A stretch of DNA of 56,246 nucleotides, counting the filler, from Dirinaria sp. TL-2023a (lineage: Eukaryota): NCBI GenBank assembly GCA_051941275.1. It is 2 parts of 2 records of this genome, joined end to end, with 100 filler letters (N's around TTAATTAATTAA, not from the genome) between each part and the next. Parts side by side here need not be neighbours in the genome. Positions count along the whole stretch, not along the records: positions 28,195 to 56,246 come from JAVEBF010000130.1; 1 more part is not named here. One strand, given 5' to 3'. The position numbers and the translations under genes are program-made. Positions 50,167 through 56,246 of the stretch are shown here, one piece after another; the first letter of the stretch is position 1, and the number at the start of each line of letters is the position of its first letter. The notes beneath the pieces are model-generated. The model did not search any database and was not told the DNA's origin. It was given only the letters and a program-made list of their open reading frames with translations.

Positions 50167-52097
50167 CTAACTCAGCTTGACGAGTTCGACTGGCGCGATA
50201 TAGAATGCTTTCGCCCCAGAATAGTAGTAAAGCACCGAAGCAAGCAGCACGCCGGAGAAGATGACAACGCTCCAGTTCATGGACTCGAGATCAGGATTTC
50301 TCATAGGAGGGAAGAATATCATGACGAACGCGAGGGCCAAGAACATCAGCGCCAGGACGTTGACAAGAAGACCCCATCTTCCCAGTGAAAAGTACTGGCC
50401 CCGCGACGGTTGTCTGCCCCGGATTCTCAACAGGGCCATCGATCCAATTGAACCCATGTATGAGCAGAGAAGGGCGACGGTTCCGAGGGCTATTAGTTGA
50501 TTGAACGCGATCGTCGATCCGAAACTGATTGATATGAGCAGGACGGAGATGACTGTGGTTGCAAGGATGGCGTTGGTAGGGATATCTCGGCCTGCATGAA
50601 CCTGATAATAATCAGCGGACCCTCCGAAACGTATGAGACATATCGACGTGCATGCGAAAACCACCTGTGGAATGGCACTCCTTGGTCACGGCTAAAAGAC
50701 CAAAGCTGACGAGAACCAGTAGCCATATTGCTCAGCGCGCCAGCAAACGTCAGTACAATCAGGATCGCAGTCATTGATGTTGCACCGCCGTTGGAGCGCG
50801 TGGCGTTGAAGAAGATCTTGGGAAGTCCTCCTTAGTACCAAAGCTTCGCCTTTGGTTGGTCTACTTACCTGGATGAACGGATAGCCCGTAGAGGAGGAAA
50901 GAACCTCATCCAGATTGCCAAGACAGAAACAAATAGTCACAAGCATGACGAAGCCCAAAACTGCGTTCGCTCCTACAGCTGCCAGCATGATTCTTGGGAT
51001 TGTTTTTGAAGCATCTCTTACTTCTTCACTTATGTGTGCAATCGCGTCCGGTCCGATGAGTGAGACAGTCGGGCTCAGAATGCCAACGAGCGTTGCTAGG
51101 CCTACATTATGCCAGTCTCCTCCATCATTGAACTTGGTGAAAACCTCAGTGGCCGATGAATGAGGAGAAAGCGACCAAACAGTAGTAGTGATAGCGACGA
51201 AACCAAAGACATGAAGCAGCAAGAGGACTCCTTCAATGGAAGGGAGACTCTTGGCAAGTACCGTATTAATGAAGAGAGATACGAAGACCAGGGCAATGGC
51301 TATCAGACTTCCGTGCCATCTTTCCGGCGTATAATCAGGATGGTTGAGAATCACCAGGCCTTGGATTTCCGTTCCGGCTAGATAGCAACCAGAGGCAGCA
51401 CCGGCTTGCCACCCAAGTACGCAAAGCCAACCTAGATCATATGTTCAAGTTCATTGGCGAGAGTACCGAAAGAAACACTTACCAGTCACATAGCTGAGGA
51501 GTTTTTGAGATTCGGGAGCAGCAAACTAGGTGGGGATTAGGAATATTCAATTCGCAATCATTCCCACCTACTTCAGAAACCCAATGATATTGTCCTCCCG
51601 CGGTTGGCGCACTTTTCTCACGACCTCATTAGCAAATCTTTTCAGGCGCAAAACCCCATTCCCGTACATTGATGCCATTTCCGCCATAGAAACAATTGCC
51701 ATTCCGAAACCCAGGAAGGTGAAGATATAGATATAGATGGCGCCCGCTGTGCCTCCGTTCGTCAGACCGAAGGTTGCTGTTCTGTTAAGCGCTAATTAGT
51801 CTGCAGATTACGAAAACCTCATCACGGAGAACAATACGCCAATTGAACCTCCCAAGAACTCATAAGTATCATGGAAAATGCAAAAGTAGAAAAGTGGCCG
51901 AACATCCGCTGAATTGATAAATCAGTAATGCTTTGTCCATAAAACCTTCCAGAGTATACCTGAAGAGATTGGTATTTCCCTAACCGATACATGTCGTTTC
52001 GGTCGAGCGTTGTACCACCTTTCAGCGCCGCCTGTTCCGGGACAGATACTTCCGCCTTCTCGGTACATTCTGCAAATGGATGCTTGAGAATAGTCAT
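50167..52097 (-). CDS. APC-superfamily amino acid/GABA/choline permease
   Basis: Multi-exon. Motifs are DMYRLGKYQ, SMAEMASMAPTAGGQYHWVSEFA, GWLCVLGWQ, HISEEVRDAS..PR, SRQLWSFSRDQGVPF and MNWSVVIF. Confidence 0.92.
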
Positions 52098-53011
52098 CTC
52101 TGCGACTGATGCTCAGGTAGCTCGTGAGTGATGAAAGAATAGAAAAAACCCAGCCTTTCTCCAAGAGAGATGAGAAATGCACGAATAGACACATGCAGCT
52201 TTAGCGGACGTTTAGACCCACGCACGCACCCGCATGAGGAAGAGCTTGCGAGATGTGTAATCGGACGCGAAGCATTAGTACGTTCCAAATGAAGGAAACA
52301 ATCCAAAAAGACAATGGATCACAATAATTTTCTATAGCTATCCCGTATGTATGCAATTGTCACGCTTTCCACAATTCCGTGAGTTGCAGGTAGTATCACA
52401 AAAAAATACCAGAAAAATTGCTGATGACTTCACCGCAATTTGTCACTCACTTTTATCGGGCTTGAGACAGTGTCTCATTGATTTCATGCGAGTGACGATA
52501 GATCCAATCCCGCTTGCTGGTTTGACAATCGCACTGACGCTGCAAACATATGCTACCAGGAAGGTCGTTCAGAAAAACGACGGCAGACGATTCGCAAGCA
52601 AGGATCATGGCTCGGTCTCAAGTGCATGTTGTCAAAACAGGCTCATTCGTGATTGGGTCTTCCGAGGAGGACGGCATTGTGGCACCTGGAGGATCGAGGG
52701 GCTGCAGGAGCATGGGCTCGAGGGCTCGCCTCATCTGAATCAACGCCTGAGGTAACTCGCTTGACATGCGTCTGCGAGGCAACTCTAACCGCCAGTACCC
52801 CACTCATAGCCACAAGTGCCGGTTATCAGCGTTGATTATGCATCCGAACGAGAGCGATCCAATGAGGAAGATTTCGTCGTTCTTGTGTACCATCATCTAT
52901 GCATTGGAGACGACCTGGAAAGCTTACAGTCAGAATGAATAATTAACACAATTCCCTAATATGGCGCTGTGGTGCACATAACCGATTCCGTGTACGCGGC
53001 CTGTGGGCTCA

Positions 53012-53794
53012 ATGGCGCTTCGTGCGGCGCGATTCCAAGATTTGGATGTCATTGCTAGCATGTTTGCTGAAGCTTTCTGGGACGAGATTGTTTTGGGTAA
53101 ATTGTTTCATCCATACCGCGCTGCGTTTCCACAAGACTACCGCCGATACTGGCGCCAAAAGGTCTCAGAGTGGTATTGGGACGTCCACCATCATCTCATT
53201 GTATATTGTATCCTCAACTCGAATGAGCGGGGTCATGAAGAGGAGACCTTGACCGGTGTCGCTGACTGGATGCGACTGGGTGAAGAAGCAGCCCAGGTTA
53301 GGAGAAGTTGCATAAGCCGCGTGCTTCGTAAGTGCTCGCCTGATTCATAGAGATTCAAGCTCCTAAGCTCTGATTTTGCCTTTTCAGGTAACATGATGAA
53401 GCATTTAATTGTACTTCGCAATAAGATAGCCTGCTATATCGGTCCAAATCGCGCTGCTGACCCTGCAATGTCCAATGCGAGTATCGTTATCTCCTCTCTC
53501 ATTAGCCATCATTGGTCAGGACAACGGAGTGTCGGATGGTATCTCAATTTCCTTGCTGTCTTGCCGGCGTATCAATGCAGAGGTTACGGCAGCAATCTCG
53601 TTTCCTGGGGGGTTGAACGAGCGCAGCAGGAGGGGGTCGCAGCGAGCGTCATTAGTGGCCAACGCAAAGACGATTTTTATAAGAGATGTGGATTTAATAT
53701 CGTCGTTGGGAATTCGACAGAAGGCGAAGGAAACCCTTTGAAGGATATAACCGACGGAGGCACCATTTTCTTCCGAGAGCCTGCTGCTCGATAA
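53012..53794 (+). CDS. GNAT-family N-acetyltransferase
   Basis: Two exons with an intron at about 53328-53387. Motifs AFWDE..HPYR, GVADW, PNRAADP, the acetyl-CoA motif WYLNFLAVLPAYQCRGYG and FYKRCGF are present. Confidence 0.88.
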
Positions 53795-54075
53795 GATATT
53801 GCATGAGTAGATTAACTGGTTCGACATTCCACTGTGAGAGGAGAAGTTAGTTGCAGGGACCATGAAAAGCTCTACACATGAGCGGCAATGGCGCCACAGA
53901 TGAACCTGGCGCCCGAGAAGTGACGCAGCATATTCCGGGAGCCATGTACAGTCCCGCTGTAGCTATTGTTGGCTTTCAATCTATATCTTTCAGGTAGTCG
54001 TTCTTATCCTTCCCTCACTTGATGGTGTGTTGAATAGCAATACCAGGCATAAAGTATACGTATAATATTGGGAGA

Positions 54076-56246
54076 TGTAAAACCGGGACCGGGTGGACCG
54101 GTTCGCCACCGAATGTGGAAAGTTGACGAAAACGGTTAGCCTCCGCAAGATGGCAGTCCTCGGAAACGCTAGTGCTCAGGTAATGGATAATAGATATAGG
54201 CAGTGGCCCGGATAGTATACATGGCAGTCCGCAGAATGACAGTCCGCGGATAGGTAAACCGCAGGACTCGGAGTAATAGTAATATCGGGTATATAGTAAC
54301 CCACAATTCCTCGCTTTTCTTATAGATGTTAGGCAATTAATCACACACATACAAACGGCCAAAACATAGATACAATTGACCTCACAAACACCTTCTAAAT
54401 CTGACAGTTATGAGCCCGAATGACGTTCAAATGCTGTCTACAATCACACTACACTTAAAGAGTACTGCATAGTTCAGTACTTCCTTGCTCACACGTATAT
54501 CATCTACACTATTTACATCATTGTTTACACATCAAGAGTACTGCACTTTCCGATACTACCTTACTCAAACGTACACTCACACCAGTGTTTACATCATACT
54601 GCACTACCTGCACTTTCTTCCCCCTACACGACTTGCATCTATCTCACCTATGATGTCAGAAACCAAAAGGGAAGTCAAATTGAGCTCCCAAAAGGATTGA
54701 GATGTCTGATTTGCCATAATTAGAGCAAAAGCTATTGAATATCAAATATGACCCCTCATCAACCCCGCAACAGTATCAAAGTCAATTGAGAGCATCAGAT
54801 CTATCGAGCCGATATTGAATGATATGCAGAGCGCCGACTTCAATGAAAAGAACATCCGCTATAATCATGCTCAGATCAGGTTCAAAAGAAATCTCAAAAC
54901 CTAAAAAAAAGAGAAAGAAGCAATGAGCAAAATGATAAACTACATATACGAAATCACTAGTTCGACAAATCTAATCTGCATTTAGAAGATTGAAGTGCAC
55001 TCTTGAAATGTGCTTCGCACATTGAAAGCACGTCTTGCTTCGTCAGACTCAGCAAGATCTCTGAAACTGAAAAACAAATACAAACGTCTTGTGAAAGGAT
55101 CGTCTAAACAAAATGCAGAGTTCTGACTTGATGAGTATCAAAAAGTCTACACCTTAGACAAAGAGTATAAAATCGAAGAATTTAGTAAAGGAAAAAGAGT
55201 CTATAAAGACTTTCTACGAGCAATACACGCAACGGCATCTGATTTCTTCGACGCGCATTGTGTTGTTCTGAAAACGATTGAGAACTACGATACAAAGTTG
55301 CATGAAGTCATGAAAGATTATAGACACTAGATGCGTCTGATGAATGTTTAAGAATTATCAATATCAAACTTCGTCTTTGTCGCAGATACTTCTATTGACA
55401 ATAACGCAGAGAGCAACGAAAACAACAACAACAAATCTACATTTCGAGATGAAAAACAATCTCTCATCTGCATTTGCGAATATAAACATTGATACTTCGA
55501 TTGTCACTATCTCAATGATGAGAAACGCTCTATCAATTGAAAGTCTAATGAGGGAACTCAGAAGAAGATTGATGATGTCATGAAGAATGAGAAGAAAAGA
55601 AAGCAGGTTGAAAGCAACATAGCAAGATCTAAAGAAATACAGACAAAGAAAGTCAAAATCTCTACATCTATCTCTGAGTCTGTCTCAACATCTGCTTCAA
55701 CATCAATCGAAAAAGCAGATGCATTTGCATCCTTTGCATTTGCAATCGAAATCGACGCGTCTCATACTTTGCAGTCCTCATGAATACTAGATCACGCGGC
55801 CAATTTGCACGTTGCAAACAAAGATATGAAGCACCGCTTCATTAAAGAAAAAGACGAGAACGAAGCGACGATGTTATCAGACAACGGACGTCTTGCAATA
55901 AAAGTCTATGACCACATCGATATTAACGTCAAAACATCTACAGAAGACAACATGATAACGTTGCTCAATGTTGCCTATGTATCTGACTTTATGATTAACA
56001 TAGTATCGAGAGATATTCTGAAAAAAAAAGGCGTATATCTTAACACTCGAACTCGGCATCTTATGAGAAATGAAGTCCTCATAATAATCGTTTCTAAGAT
56101 CGATGACTACTATGTACTGAAACATAATGCACTACATGAAGAGGTGACAGCAACTGCTCTTGCAACTAACTCAACATCAAGCACACGAACTCGCACTTTA
56201 AATGACTGGCATCGACTTCTTGCACATGCACACGATGAAGCGATAA
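54076..56246 (+). mobile_element. Ty1/copia LTR retrotransposon, 5' portion, RIP-inactivated, running off the window end
   Basis: The 5' LTR is 54076-54406 (TG..CA) and the PBS GTTATGAGCCC is at 54407-54417. The broken gag has a zinc knuckle CICEYKH*YFDC near 55469. The protease motif *ILDHAANLHV starts at 55781 (W to stop), and the GAG-pre-integrase motif WHRLLAH is near 56208. Confidence 0.92.

Noticed and set aside
1..56246. CRISPR arrays, rRNA or tRNA genes, telomeric repeats
   Set aside because: None were seen by eye. A tRNAscan-SE or Infernal run would be needed to exclude small RNA genes.

Overview
Filamentous ascomycete (Pezizomycotina) genomic DNA with spliceosomal introns and RIP-like decay of repeats. 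The set of orphan secreted genes suggests a lichen-forming fungus, but that is inference. An artificial N44-TTAATTAATTAA-N44 linker at 28095-28194 joins two contigs, so the two halves may not be true neighbours. The left half has a leaderless two-domain thaumatin-like gene beside a leaderless GH128 glucanase, and a divergent FTR1/FET3 iron-uptake pair with SreA-type GATA sites. It also has a T5orf172 (GIY-YIG-like) nuclease gene next to a decayed DUF3435 Starship 'captain' recombinase that has a copia solo LTR at its start codon. Further right are a secreted protein, a second solo LTR, a bacterial-looking methyltransferase pseudogene, a frameshifted PhyH dioxygenase divergent from an amidase, and a partial MFS transporter. 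The right half has an amidohydrolase-2 decarboxylase, about 18 kb with five orphan secreted genes plus a PTH11-like receptor and a ferritin-like pseudogene, an APC permease, a GNAT, and the 5' part of a RIP-damaged Ty1/copia element with a half-tRNA primer site. The best leads are the derelict Starship with its possible cargo, the cytosolic beta-glucan gene pair, and the secreted-protein island. All family calls come from motif recognition by eye; no searches were run.
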